Assembly (NCBI GenBank): GCA_037379345.1
Contig: CM074513.1
Coordinates: 25,730,001-25,794,000 of the forward strand
DNA: 64,000 bases
Source: Perna viridis
Taxonomy: Eukaryota
Reading direction: 5' to 3'
The notes beneath the pieces were generated by a model. It saw nothing but the letters and a program-made list of their open reading frames with translations, did not search any database and was not told the DNA's origin. The position numbers and the translations under genes are program-made. Positions 1-15,800 of the stretch are shown here, in pieces; position 1 is the first letter of the stretch, and each line of letters opens with the position of its first letter.

Positions 1-66
1 GGATGGAATGATGGACAGACAGGGTGATTCCAATATACCAACCACTCTTTCAGTATGGGTGTAATT
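1..66 (+). mobile_element. 3' end of a Helentron/Pearl-like element
   Basis: ggacagacagggtgattccaatatacc...: microsatellite followed by the same ggtgattcc motif seen in the 26.1 kb and 27.7 kb copies. Confidence 0.38.
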
Positions 67-189
67 AAATAACTCATTCTGGAACTTTTTTAGAAATTGA
101 CTCAACCATTCTGGCCATTCTGATTGGAACCCCACAAAAAAATCACTAGCTTTGCAGTAAAAAGAAATGTACTAATGTCTTCTACTCAC

Positions 190-828
190 CAATAACAAAA
201 CCCACAGCTATCAGGATTTCCCTGGAAGCAAGAAGTATATGCCAATTCTCCAAAACCATGTCACCATATCTGCCATCCCCATTAGGATTTCCTACAAACA
301 GATCACAGTCTTTGGGATTGGGTACATCTCTCCAAAGATAGTCTGTCGATGCTACAGCTCTCTTGAAATCAACATAAACATTGACACCAAACTGGATACT
401 CCATGACATCATAATATCATAGTAACGATTGGTTTCCAGGTCTGTGACATAAACTGTCCACTCACGGTCTTTTGTACTGATTTTAAAATACATTCTCTCG
501 TCACGGTAGTAAATAGCATAGCCTGTTGAATCAGGATGATCACCACAGTTTGTGTAAATGTACGAGTTGTCTTTGAGTGAATTAAACTTGATTGTAAATG
601 ATATGGAGATACCAAGTGAACAGGAATCTGGATGGTAAAGACATGGGTTATCATCTTTATTCCCAACTTTCAGGTACTGATCCTGGCCATTAAACCCTAA
701 GGATAGTTTATCATTTTCGTTCTTTAATAGTTTCATCCCTCCATAAGTAGCAATAGTACCAGCTTGTACATATAATTTACTTCCTTCTATCCTTATGAAG
801 AACAATCTGTACTCATAGATTCTGTCCA
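190..828 (-). CDS. LamG / concanavalin-A-like domain exon (639 nt, phase 1-1); gene continues beyond the window start
   Basis: LGFNGQDQYLKVG...CLYHPDSCSLGISISF...GYAIYY...MSWSIQFGVNVYVD; ends at a gtgag donor, not at a true stop. Confidence 0.87.
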
Positions 829-3800
829 CTATAAAGTAAAATTACTTTTATAAGCAGTAATATACTATAATTGTGTATAGAAAGCAATATAAGTTCATTA
901 ATTGTACAAAAATGGAACCTTTCTCATGAAATATAATATAAACATCTCTTACAGTACATTTTAAACATCTTTGTAGAGCTTCACATCTTGCTTCATCAGG
1001 TTAACTTTGATGCTTTCTATCATGCCTTCAACAGGACTACCCAGCTTTTAAGATGTAAATGTGTGCGGTATGGCAAAAGTTGGAAAGATCAAAGAGAAAA
1101 ACCAATAGATCAAAAGTAAATGCAGACAAATCAGCTTCAAAGTGTGTGAATCTCAGGCAAAATGATTGAGAGTTGGCTCTTTCGCTATCATTATTCTGTA
1201 TGTATAAAATTGGACCAATCCATTACTAGTCGACCTTGTTATACTATGGAGAAACATATAGACTGATTTCATCAGTTACAATATGTACACCCAGAACAAA
1301 AGTTGTATTAAATTCAATCCAGCACTTTAAAAAAAGCGGTAAATTAATGAAAGAGATATCAACAACACAAATATGGAAACATGACAAAACCTATGCAGCT
1401 AAATACCAGACAATTAACCTTGCATGTCCCATTCAACTTCAGTGGTTAAGGATATACAATGACCACTACTTACCACTAATAACTGTCCAGTCAATCTTGG
1501 ATATTTCAGTTCTACATTCCAGTTGTGGATTTGTAGGATTAGCAAACCCATGCTGGTAGCATGTGTCATCAATAATACAAATGTCATCCTAAAAGAAATA
1601 CCAGAAACATATCAAGAGTGTGTATAAACCTATAAACTGTTTCCATAGAGTAGTCTGACTGATTTATTAAATGTATTTATTTAGAGAAATTTTGCAAAAA
1701 TAAATATACATGAGTTTAAATTTAAGTATAAATAAATACAGAGCATACTGGGGCAAAAAACTTGCAAATGATGCCTGTCCTATGACATGCCATTTCTATA
1801 ATATTGAGTTAATAGAATAATCTATAGTAAATTTATCTTTACCATGCATTTTACAAATCCTGAGTCCATTCTATAAAACAGAAAGATAAACCCAGGTTGG
1901 TTAGGCTTAACATGTATCTTGAAAAATAATATTTGTCCACGGGTATTGATAATACATACCCTTTTAGAACATCCGTCTGTGATATTAACATCACAAGTAT
2001 CACAGTAACCATTATATACTAAATATGGTAACCAATCACCATAGTCTATACCATTGTTGCTAACGGTAACATTATAGATGGCAATCTTTGGCAGTAGACA
2101 AGAAACACTGTCAATATCTATATATTCAGCTTTGACTGTTCCTATCTCCCCAGTGGTTGTAAGATTTTGCTGGAAAATAAAATTGAACAAATAAATATGA
2201 TGAATAGCCTTGACAGAGAACATGATATGCAAAATGTGTCCTTAGCTGCCAATCCATAGCTCTGAAGGTTGTTTTATTTACATTTGGAAAGATAAACCTT
2301 CAGAGCTACATATTCCTGGCTAGATTAATATTATTCTTGTCTATATCTCAAACAAAAATAGGAAACCAAAAAAGAAAACATTCAATTATTAAGAAATATC
2401 ATACAGAACACTACTGTAATACCTTAAACATGATAAGAAAATAGGGAAAGACAGACAAATAGGCAGGCAGATAGATATACCATAATATCTCTGCAAAATT
2501 ACAGGTGTAATCAAATTGAAAATTCTCTGTGAAACTTTATTCCAGAATAGGAATTGAAAGTTGAAAAACACCATTTTTGTAAAAGTGAAAACAAATGTAT
2601 GAATTACGACCAACTATGGGAAAATCATCCATGGACAAGGAATCCTAGCCAGGAAGACAAAAGACAATAGACAAAGAAAGATTTACACACCTTAAAAGAA
2701 CTAAAAAATACACTGTACATACAAAACATCTCTAAAAACCTTGATAACTCAGGTACTCCAGAAGAGTAAAAGACATCCTAAATCTGAGCAACATTAAACT
2801 CAAAATTTTACCTGCATTTTATAGTCTAAGTTAAGAGGTCCTAGTTGAGAAAACACCAATATGCCTCAGACAGTCCTGAGGCTAAACAGAGCAGACATTT
2901 ATAGGTAGAAAATTGTGGACTGTTTATACAAACAGCTATTTAACTTACATATAAGACTTCATAATGACAAGTCAAATTATCTGTATCTGCAAAGTTTTCT
3001 CCCTCTATTGTGACTTTCAGACAATGCAGACGTTTTAGATTGTTATCACACGGGTTTGTGGAACCAATCTCAATGACCTCTGGAGGAATGGTGCTATCAA
3101 TGGAACAATCATCACCAATCCATTTACCTGTACAGTGACATTCACCTGAAGAAGGAAGATAATTGTCAACATGATCAGAGGAAAAAGTAAGACAAATATC
3201 TTTTTCTTATACATTTGACCTACTGAGTGCAAAATGTATATTGGAACGAGTTTTGTATCTTGTGTGTACTTCTTTTCCCATGAAATGGAATATTCTTTTT
3301 TTCCCAGTCTAGTAAAACTAACACAAAAATTAAATTAAAGCCATGCATTATAGAAGTAAGGTAATATGTTGCATGCACCCTTTATAACAATAGTAATAAT
3401 GAAACACCCAAGTAATCATCATAAAAATATATGAAAATCTATTTTTTTTTTTTTTGCAATGACAAAGAGGCAACATTATTGCCAAATTCTAAACTTTCCT
3501 GGCTAAATCAATAAATGATATGCTATTAACTTAGATGCTTGAATCAAAATCCAATGCATACTTTCTATACATGTTCCATGATCACTACATTCATTCGGAC
3601 ATAGGTTATCTACAATCTCAGGTAGTGGTTCAGGATCATCAGTTCCTGCTACCGTAATCCAGAACTCTACATCAACAGTAACAAAGATCTCAGCCAACTC
3701 TAACAAGTCTTCAAACTGCTCTTTAGCCCAGGTAACATCATCTGTAATCTAAAATTCACATGATTCGTTAAGTTTGACGTCGATAAATAAACAAACTTAT

Positions 3801-6800
3801 TTTGACCTCTGCATTCTCTATATCAACACCATTATTGAAAAAAGTGGTAGTTGCACCACATTTAATTTGTTGTAGCACAGTCAGTTTGCTTGTATACCCT
3901 GTTTATTCTGACAGTAAATAATGCAAAAGGTAATCCATTAAGAAAGCTACAAACTAACAGTATTCAAAAATATGATTATAAGAAATGCCTATGAGAGACG
4001 AACCTATTCCTACTCAAACAAACTGCAAATAGCAGTTTTGTTGATCGTGCACTACCATGTTGATACAGGTGATGTCTTGACCAATGATAATATGCAAGCC
4101 TTCCTAGACCTGTGTTAAAGTGAAAAAATCACTTCTCAATTAAGTTTAAAAAATCGCTTCTCAATTACCTATGTCATTTATGATAGAACAATTTTCAGTA
4201 TGTTTCAAGCCTTTTAAATATATAAGACATCACTGACACTATCCCAATTATTATATTACCTGAATATCTTCAATACAACTTTCCAGCATCAGCTGGTACT
4301 CCACATCCATTCCCTTTAAAGCTTTACATTTCTTGCCGACCTCTCTCGAATCTACATAAGTCAAACATGTCTGTCTGGCAAATTCTAGAGTTATACCCCC
4401 TGGAGTAGGCCAGGACAGTTCCTAGAAACAAAAAAAGTGTTTTTTCCCTTAATTTATTCATACCAATATACAATAAACTCACAACCTTTTACCATTTGGA
4501 TTTTTTATTAACAGGATTATAAGTTGCTTATATTGGCAATCCATATCAGGAATTTTCACATGTTCATTATGAAGGTCATTATATACTGTTTGATTAACAG
4601 AATCCTGTTTCAAAATTTAGAATTATTAAAACATTGCCATGATCTTGGACTTAACCTCATACAACAATAATCCATAGCTTCTCAGCAGATATAAATCTTC
4701 AACATTAAAGTAGTTTATGGATTAAACTTACAAATTATTTAACATACTGACCAAAGCAAGGACATTTTAAGTGTATTTGTGTTAAGAATTGAATGTTTCA
4801 TTTTTGATGTTTCATTAGCGTGTAAAGCATTGACCATAGCACTTCAAACCTAAAATGTGTGATTGGTCAACCCTTTCACATGCTGATGAAACATTCTATT
4901 TTTATGATCACATTTCATATATTTCTCATTTTTATTTCTATTATACTTTAGAAATATATAAAAAGTACACAATACACAGGGATCAATAAAAGCAGTCCAC
5001 TTAACTGTGGGTGTGGCTGATATAAATTGTTTGAAGATGAATTTCATCAACTCATGCACATCCAGTGTAAAGTCAATTATCCAATGAGATTAGCATATTT
5101 TAATGAGATGCACAGTAAATGTAATTATTAAGGCTAGAAGTAATGTCCCAAAATGGTGTATACAATTTAAGATACATCAGCAATTAAGTAGAACTCCAGC
5201 TAAGAATCATGCAAAATGTGATTCATGGGTTAAAAGCCTGCATATTTATATTTTTGATATTTTGTTTGAACAGCCACAGTAAACAGAAATAAACACTCAA
5301 TTTTTCATATAACCCGTGTTCTTAGAAGATAAAAATTATATACAATGCACTGTAGATTTCAAAATTTAGGGAGATAACTCTGTAAAAGACAGTCAAATAC
5401 AATAGAATCTATTGGACTTTCAATGTTGATTATCACCTAAGAGAAGCAGATTTGAATGAATAATTACACATTTCATAGTATACACCCATAAAACAACTTA
5501 ATTTCAAAAATAAAAATATGTAGCCTTTTTTGGGGTGTATCACATTTTTCAGATTTTGCATGATTCTTACAAAGACAGCTACTTAAGACTATAAAAACTT
5601 ACAGGTTGGTTGTAGTTATGATCATACTGAAATTGACCTATAACTGACGTTGTCAAACATTTAGCTACAGGACTTTCTGCTGTCTCAAGTAATCTTTCTG
5701 TAACATCCTTCAAACCTTTAAAAAGATAAGGGAATAAATACTACAAACCAACAAGATTAAATATACAACAATGCAGGTCTATGATATATTAATTAGGTTT
5801 AATGTAAATTATCCATCTTCCGCTCTTAACCAACTTTTTTTTATCTAGTTTTATTTCCGATTTTTATTTTGAACTCTACAATTTGTACCTTTCTTTTTCT
5901 TATATTTTTTCTTCCTTTTCTCAATTTCTTCACAGACTTGATAATCCAGTCCTACGTCACATTCCGTTTGCTCATCCTCCTGACAGTTACAGTATGAAAC
6001 CAGTTCTACTGTTTTAGCCTTTGTGGGACAATATCCTCGCCATAAACTTTCTTCTGTAGTTGTTACCCTGGTAACAAAGAATATGAATATTTGTTTTAAT
6101 CACCTTAAGATACACCTATAACTATGTAACATAATTTCCACTATTGGATCATTCAAACTAAGCGAAAAACAACACATCCCTTTGTTGTGAGGATCCAATA
6201 GCCTAGGTCCATATTCTCTTTCAAATGCCTACAACCACTTAGAGAATCAATAACATTGATATCAAACATTGATGATTTCTTGTACATGGTACAGCCCTTG
6301 TACTAACAAAAAATATTCGGAATTATTTCATTAACAAATAACTTTTGAAAAAGCATAGCCTGAAAACTTTACAACTAATGCAAACCAAAATGCAGATCAA
6401 AGGGGGCCCCTATCAATTTGCAAATATGAAAAAGCCTCTTTTTGTGTGTAAATGCATGCATTAAAATCTGTTTATCAAGGATTGTGTTTGGGGCCCTGTT
6501 GCCAGCCCCCTCAAATGGTTCTCTAGATCTGCCACTGAAAGAGCCTCTTTTATTTTAATATGTCCATCATTTCTTCCTCAAACACTGAAACCCCATAAAA
6601 GATCCTGTTAAACTCCTTGTGTAAACTCTATTGCAGTTTTTTTTAAATCAAGATACTATACTGTATATAAATTTACCTCCAATCTGCAGAGAAGTGATCA
6701 GGTTTTTTCTCCTTACTTCCATATATTTCACCATTCCTCAAGGTTAAATCATTAGTTTTGTCATCATCAAATACTCCACAAAGTCCTGATATTCAAAACA

Positions 6801-9800
6801 AAAGTGATATCAGAGATACCCTTATATGCTTCAGAAATCAAACATGATAAGATAATATGTTGAAACAACACCATCACCTTTGTCTCAGCCAAAATCACAC
6901 TATATCAAAATAAGTGTAAACTTTTCTGTTCAAAACATTGCTTCATCTTAGTGACGACAGATGTTTTCATGTTTTAGAAATATAAGAAATCAACCCAACA
7001 AAAAGATCAGGACCATTTTTTCATTAAAATTTGTAAAAAGATCCTCAAATATTATATTCATTATATACTCAATATTTGAATTGAGGATTGGTTTAACAAT
7101 TTCTACATTCCAAGAATTTTAATGAAACCAAGCTTATAGTTGAAAGTGCAATTAACTTATCAGGCAGATCTTGACAGATAGAATGTTATAGGGTTGTCAT
7201 GAACACAAACTAAAGGACCATAAGCACAAACTTTCCAGATCAGTACAAACCTTCTGTCATTCCAAAGTCAGAGGAAGATGATTTGAATTTAACATTGATA
7301 AATTGACTGGTTCTTCTCTTTCCTTTATTCACCATGACATAGGCACCAGTTGGTAGGTAAATCTGGAGTGAATATAAAAAATATGACAAGTACAGAACTA
7401 TACATGTATACAAAGAATGTTTTTGAAAGACGAAAACTGATAGATTTGTCAATCAATTAGATTACCAGTAATTAAAAATTAATCTAAAGATTAGTGTAGG
7501 GTAAAGAGAAAATGTTAATTTGGACTGATGTAAAAGAGCTATTAGACTAATGTCCAGTTTATTCAGGGCTAATTTAGACAGGTTTTTCTATATATCTCAC
7601 CCTATACTGTTTGCCTCCTCCTCGTCTCATAACTCTGGTACCAGGTGTCAGTTCACCATTCACAAACATTTTAACGTCAAATTTCTTGAACTTTTTCTTC
7701 TTTTTATTCTTGAATCTCTCATTATTATCAATCTGTTCACAGACATCGACTAGAATGACATCATCCCCTGACCTAACTGCTACACCACAGTTACATGAGG
7801 CTTTACCATTACAACTTCTGTAGAATGTATGGACCTGTAATCAGCCAAATAGAGTTCCATAAAAACCATAGTAGAAAAACAGCAGATATTCATGGTAAAA
7901 GAATATGTGCAGCTTTTGTTGTACATGTGTGTCTTAACAAAAATAAAGTATCAGATAAAAATCAACAAAAAGGGTTATATAAATACATAAATATCACTCA
8001 GATTAATAGTATCAATTCCAGTATGCTGTACACATGTTAAAAGGAGTAACCTCACATCAGCAGCATTAGAAACAAATACATAGGAAGATCTAAATCCAAA
8101 CATTCGTCGTACACAAGAAGTACTAAAACCCAAAAATTTGAATTAAGAAGCCAAATCCAATATGGAGAAGTTGTAGGAAGTGGAATACTGGGAATGAAGC
8201 CTAAGTGTTTTAGCACTTTAGAATTTTATCAGACTAAAAATTTCTGTATATAAACTACAATATAAATCAGGTAACACAGTCTGGCTATTAGGCTGGTGAT
8301 TACCCTCAGCAACATTTGATCCACTGGCAAGGCATCAACCCAGCAGATGATAGATCTGAGCCTTCAAACTTGGTTTATTCAAACATTCACCATACTAAAT
8401 AGCTTCATCAATGTACCAAACTAAAAAAAAAACCCTGTATCATCTACACCCAAACAATTCTTGTGTAATAACAATGGTAGAACTTACAGCATATGGTAGG
8501 GTCTTGTGTCTGTACAGGACAAATTCTCCCTCATAGAAGTTATTGTATCTCCTGTAAAAAACATCAAAACAATTAAAGCACTCTACAGACTAAGAATTTG
8601 ATTATTTAAATTATGCTAAAACATGCAGCTAGTGGTACAATTAACTCAAATTATTTTATTGAGGATTTTGAAATATTGTGAAAGTACTTTATTTTGTGGA
8701 TACCAATTTTGTGGATCTGGGAAGAAAAACAATTGCGTGGATTCTTCAATTCATGGTTTTAAAGTTTTCAGTATACACATCAATGAGAATCTACCATTCG
8801 TTCAAAACCAAATTTCGTGGTTTGACCTGAGCACGAAAACCACGAAAATTGGTACCCCACGAAGAATAGCTCTTTCACAGTACAGTACAAGAGTAGGATT
8901 TTTTCTCAATAATTTCAAAAAAACAATAGTTTTTGGCAGCATTAGCTCTGCCTGGTATACTTAATCAAGAAAATATATTCATTAATGCCTGAGTCTGAAG
9001 TATAAAATGGGACAAAGGTCAATTTCTAAAAATAAACAGAAACAGGCTAATTTACAATTAAGTTTCATGTACATGAAACACAGTGAACTAATCTTAAAAG
9101 TATTGAATGGGAAACTAAATATATGTTTATAAGAATACCAAACACTTCATTGAATTCTTTATTAAAAGATTCCATACCTGCCATCAAATGTCGTCAAATG
9201 AGGATCGTTTATAGACTTGCAGGTAGAAGATTTGTCTCTGTCTTTTACTTCAAGCTGAAATATATAACATTATAAGCTTTATAAAACCTATAACCATTCT
9301 ATACAATAAAATGCAACACAGGAATTAACTAGATAAAGTGATGCCCCCGCATTTAACCTTCATACAGCTATATCATAACTCATAATTGTAAAAAGCACTT
9401 TGTCAGATGTGTTATTGTGTCTGTGAGACACAAATGATGCCCCGCATGTGGTTTTGAGTAAAACTCAGCATAGCTGAACGAAACTGAAACTCAACCTGTA
9501 ACTAACCATGACAGACTCACATACCAAAAAGCAGTTCAATATCTTCAAGGGTTTACAAATAAAGTGCAGAAAACTGTTATTTCCATGAAATTTTTAAAGT
9601 CCAGGGCCCATATTTTTGGTGAAACTCAGCATAGCGGAACAAACCTTTAACTCATTCTGTAACTAATCATGAAAGACTCACATACAAAAAATCAGTTCAA
9701 TATCTTCAAGAATTTTCCAAAAAAGTGTAGAAAACTTATGGGACGGACAGAATTACGGACAGAATTACAGACGGACGGACAGGGGTAAAACAATATGCCC

Positions 9801-12800
9801 CCAACTTATCATTGTGGGGACATAAAAAAAGCATTTACAGCAACTAACATAAATGTCTTCATGAAATAGAGTTGGTCTTCCCCTGACTGAATGACCATTA
9901 CTGAGGATATATATATAAGGTAGTTACTAAATAAGTGACCCGGAGATTTAAACTTTCTATCATTCTGATAGGTATTTTAATTTGTGTCTGGTAGAAAGTT
10001 TAAATTTCTTTTCTGATTGTGCAGCTAACTACCTAAAGCAATTCATAAGAAGACCTTCTATTCTGTGAAGTTATAGCTATGTAAGCCACTATAAAAAGTT
10101 TACCTCAACAAAACCAAAATAATGTAATAATACAACTCAATTTATAATGCAATAACAATAGCTGCTATCTAAAACCATAGATTATCATTTATAATTTAAT
10201 ATCCATGCAAAAATTAAACATCTAAAAAAATTACCTCAACAACACCAAGACGAGAGGTGTAAGCTACAACTGATGAACGGTAGATGAACAAATCAACTTC
10301 AATATCCCTCTTCTGGTTTTTGTCTTTCAAACCATCAATGGATGCTTTCACTGGAATCATTACCATTGTCTTCCAGTTATTGATGGTTATTCTGTATTCA
10401 CATGGATGTTTAGCATCAGATTCATCCCAAACTCCAAACACAGCTTGAGTTATCTCCACTTTTGTTTTTGGGCATTTCCTTTCCTTCTTTATCCTGAGTA
10501 GTTTTGTTTTAATGACAATGTCACAGTATTTTTCTCTGTCATCAGGGAGACAGAAGAGATATGGAGGGACTGTGACGCTAACCTCAATATGACCAGGTAC
10601 CATACCCTCATATACAGTAAGTTTATTTGTCATAATCTGAAATAATAATCAACAAATATTTTAAGCCATTGTGTAGGAGTATCCATAAAGTTAAAGCTTT
10701 GCCTCTTGCACGTGATATATGAACACCATTTACATTTGATTTCAAAATATCTGACTTCTTCTAAAAACAACCAATAATCAAGAAGAAATTAAGTGTAAAT
10801 GGTTCTTTGAAACAGAAAGTAAAAAATTAGGTAATTAGGTACCTTTGAATGAGCCTTGCAAAACAATTTAAATATATCTTAATCTTAACATTAAATACAA
10901 TGAGCATTGAGTTCACCAACATCTCCTTAAAATAACATTTGAACGACAAAAAAAATATTCCAGGAATGTTTCAAATATAATAATAATGTACCTTGATATC
11001 AGCTGTGATGACATTACTTCTCCTCCATGGGGAACAGTCATTATTGGAGGGTCTACAGGCTTGTACATAACAGGATAGCTGTCGATATAAATAAAGAAGA
11101 CATTGTACAAACACTCATGCTGAAAAATAGTAGTAATAGATGAATTTTGAAAAACAGAATTTTTAGAAAGTGGAAATGGGGAAAATTGTGTCAAAGAAAA
11201 AACAACCCCACCAGACTCTAAATCAGCCTAACACAGTGTATGCTTGTTAGTCATGATGCTAAAGTATGAGTGCTAGCCAACTGGCATTACAGATATCACA
11301 GCATTTTTGTATCTGAGATTTTATAAAATGTAACACAGTTAACGAAGTATATTTTAGTGAAAAATAAACTGATATCTTAAAATATTTAACAAAAATTTAA
11401 AACAGGGGGTATAATAAATATGTTGAAATCTCACCTCATCTTTGAAATTCAGTTGTTGAATATCTCTGTCTAATAATTCATCTTCAAACTGATTAGCTGC
11501 TAAGCTTTTCCTTTTAATTGACTGGTCATTAATAGCCCAGTATACAGAATATGACAAACCATCTTCCTCAAGTTTATCAAATTTACAAACAAAGACTGAA
11601 GAAGTTCCATTCCTATCTTCAATATCAACATCAGGCCTTGTTTTGATTTCAGGAGACTGTACAACTACATCAAGGTCTTTTGTCATTTCCTTAGTTCCTT
11701 CAGCCAGGTCCCAACCATCTATGATCATTCTGCAGAATCCACCTGTTTCAATGCGTCTACCCAAATAGAAAAGGCGTGACAGAACAGCAGTGGTTCTGCG
11801 GTAAAACTCAACTGTTCTAGCTACACGTATACCATCAAAGTACAATGACAAACCTCCCTGAATACTCCAGGAGTATTCAATGTTGACAAAAGTGTTCAAA
11901 TATTTCTTAAATGGTACATAAACAGTCCAGATTTTAGTCCTAGTGCTGACGGTCAAATAAAGCCTTTTTCTGGAATACCACATGGACATACCATATTTAC
12001 CTGGGCTATCGCCACCACTGGAAAAAATGTACATCTTTTCCTTCAGTTCCAAAACTTTCAGGTTGAATTTTACTGACAGACCAAATTTGCATTTTTCTGG
12101 ATCTCCAAGGCAACCAGCAGTTTGGTCTCCAAGGTCAACAAAGTCATCAATACCATTCAGCTGTAGGGCCTTTCCTCCAGTTGGACCATTGGTAAATTTT
12201 GGGTTTCCAGACAAAGTGAAGTTGTAAGACTTTGTAATAAGTAAGTTGACAATGATTTGAATGAAGGTGTATCGTCTCACAATAATATCTGTGTTTGTAA
12301 GGATGGACCATGTGATCTTAGACTTGCCAGGAACACACACTTGACTGACATTGGCAATGTCAACAAAGCCAGCAGCATAACATAGCCCACCAATTCTACA
12401 TACATCATTCTGTAAAAAAAAGTTTAAAAATTTAGTTGTTATCATTCATTTTGTGCATGAAAGCATTTCATAATTGCAAAAAAAAAGACTGGCCCCTTAT
12501 TGGATTTAACTCAATTTTATTTTAAAAATTATGAAAAATATAAAAATAAGTTTAGTAGGACTGTATACAAAATAGTTTAAACATGATGGCAACTCACTTT
12601 TTAATTCTCAAAAACTTCTTGTAAACAGTTCAAGAAGGAATGTGAAAGTTGAAAGCTTGAATAACTATGTGCAACTATCTGCAATAGGTAACTACTTTAA
12701 TCTAACATGGCTTCTTAGATACAACTTACCCTGGCTGTACATTTATCTTCAGTACAAACATCACATAGGGAGTCGTACTTGACAAAAGGTTTAGAGTTTC

Positions 12801-15800
12801 CAGGGTTGATACCATCAATACTGATAGACAACTGGTAAATACCTAATCCTGGTGTTGGACAGATTACTGAATCCTTTCCGCCAAATAAAGCCATAGTTGT
12901 AACAGTAGTACCCTGAAGTTACAGTGACACATGATAAAATTAAACGGAATCAAAAATGTCATTGTACACTATAAATACAGGTTACTTTTGACAACTGTCT
13001 TATAAGAGTCCATAATAAAAGGCATGATGAAATGTAGCAAACTGTAAGATAAGTATATGTATAATATGTCAAAGTTTGTACATAGTATATTCTCATTTAA
13101 CAATCATTTCAGGTAGAACCATGTCAAGTATTATAAGCCATGTATCAACTAGCATGATAACATTACCATATTTCTATTTCACATCAAAGGTGGAAATGAT
13201 GTGATTCTACATAACACCATATCTCTTCTTCATTATTTACAGAGTTCAGATAAACTTTCCTTCATTTTTTTCTTCTAATCAGACTTTAAATTATCAAATT
13301 TTATAACTGCAGGAAAAAGACTTTATTTAGTCCTTGTAATAAAAATTGAAATTATTTGAGCTGGAAATAAACACGCAAAATAGGCATGTTGAAGCTGCAT
13401 TTTTCCAATGTTTCTAAAAGCCTGCCAAAATACATTTTCTATTTTTTGACCAAGTATTGTATATGTATATTAGAAACTAACAGCTTTTGTCCAGTGACAT
13501 GTGAGGGTGTCTTCATCAACAAAGTTTTCTCCATAAACAGTGATGTTGTCACATTTATCAGCCTGTACATCACACAATTTGACAGATATGTATGATATCT
13601 CTGGTTTGTCTGACTCAGCTATATCACATTCATCACCCTGGAAACCATTATTACACTGACATACACCTGAAGTATAAAGAATCCATAGCTTATTGGATGT
13701 TAACTTGAAGTATATTCACAACAATATCCAGGCAAGCTTGATTTAAAACTGATTTTATAATTGACATATTGATCAAGATACAATGTATCAATTGTATTTA
13801 GGATGAAGTCAGGAGAAAGTGTTAGCATTTCTTTTCATGTAAAATTAATAGCTTAAAATGCACAAATCAGAGCCTAATCTAGAGGAAGCAAAAGCTTCTG
13901 CTTATTTGTGCTCACTTCTTCTGTTAACATTTGTCTGACAAGGAGAAGTTTTTGTAATAGATAACATAGAAAAATATGTCCATATTGTTATTTTTCAAAC
14001 AAAATTTACTTTTCCCTGTCATCAATGTCTAGGTTAAGCCCTGCAAATCTGTAATTTTTTTCTAATATGAAAACAGCAACAAAGTAAGGAGACAAAAACT
14101 AACCTTCATCACAGATACCATTACCACTGCAACCATTAGGACAGATAGCTTCAAACAATGTTGGTGGGCTGATTACACCATTTATCCTTATGAACAGGGT
14201 GATGTTAAATGAAAGGGTCAACACACACTGTTCATCAAATCTTCCTACCATCTCCTTGGCCCATGATATATCATCAGTAACCTAAAATAACAAGTTTTGC
14301 ATCAGTAATTTTGATAATTTATTGAAAGCTGAAATGTTTTGTTATACTCAAAATATATTAAGGTCAGCTTTACTTTCTGCAGTTGACTTTTCATTACTCA
14401 ATGTAATGAAGAGTTTTAAAATAATTGATTTAAATGATGCAAAAATTTTAAACAACAACTTGCATTTCATTTTAAAAGTATGTACATTTTATATGAATGG
14501 CTCAGGTTCAAATTCTGGGTCATATGAATGGCAAAGAGTTAAACACTGATAACTACCTGTATGTCCTCCATACAGCCTTCTATATTGGTATCTGATAAAA
14601 CTCCAGGTATATCACGGCATCCATTGCCTTTAATTTCCAACTCACATAATTGTTTGGCACCATCTTCAGTTATACCATTGGGTGTTGGCCAGGAAATGAT
14701 CTATATCAGAATTATTAATCAATTAAAATTCTCAAAGCAAAAGATTCATTGTATCATATTGATATTTTAAAGTTCTTACACTTCAAACTTATTTCTTTGT
14801 AAATCAAATTGGAAGTGCATTTAGTGGGAACAGTATTGATAATTTTTTTTTAAATTAAAAGGTTATTAAAGAACTTTATCTATAACTTACAGGTTGGATG
14901 TAGTCCTTGTCAAACTCAAATTCTGTTTGTGGTTCTTGGATGTAACACTTGGTAGCACGATATCTATTGTATCTCAACAGATCATCTGTTATCTCTTTAC
15001 CTGAAATTTTGTACAAAAACCATACATAGTTGCTACTATTCTTCGAAATTTTGTTGAACTCCCATTAGTCTTCACAGTAGTTCATATTCTATTCTATATT
15101 CAAGGTCCAATATCATTTTTGACAGAAAGGTTTTTATTATTTAAATGCATTATTTGCCTTTGATTTCAGTATTTTCTTCTTAAAATTCCTTATTGTAATG
15201 AAAAAATTCATAACATAATATATTCACCATCTTCCACAACAAATTCTTACCTCTTCTCTTTCCTTTTTTGTTTTTCAAGGGAGGCGAGCAGTCAACATAG
15301 TTGTTATAAGGTCCACAGTTGTCTCCCCTGCCTAACTGACATTGACAGTAGGTTGTAATTGAAGCTTCTTCAACATCTTCTGGACAGTAACCATTATAAT
15401 ATGTGTCTTCAATATTTACTCTAAATACAGAAATCATATTTCTTTGTTAACATTCCCACTATTATAAACATTCTTGCTATTTTTGCAGTGGACAGAAAAG
15501 CTATAAATATAGTACACACAAAATTGATATTTAACACTATATGATGCTTATCATTTTTTTGAAATAAGAAAAATTGATATCCGTGATTGTATTCACTTGA
15601 CAGAATATGAATGTGTTTACAGTATATACATGTTTTACAGTTGAATTTTCAAACTAAATAACTTTCGCGTGTTGTCATGTAGTTCAGTGATGTTTTTTTT
15701 TTCCATTTAAAGTTGTATAGCAAATACATAAAAAAAAAATGTGGTAGTATTGAACAAAAAGTAAGTAACAAATATTCAGAAATAAGAGATGAATTATTAA

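Noticed and set aside
182-12445. ORF-track starts and stops for the long ORFs 182-829 and 11354-12445 as complete genes
   Set aside because: Their ends run into intron sequence; the true limits are splice sites at 190/828 and 11435/12409.
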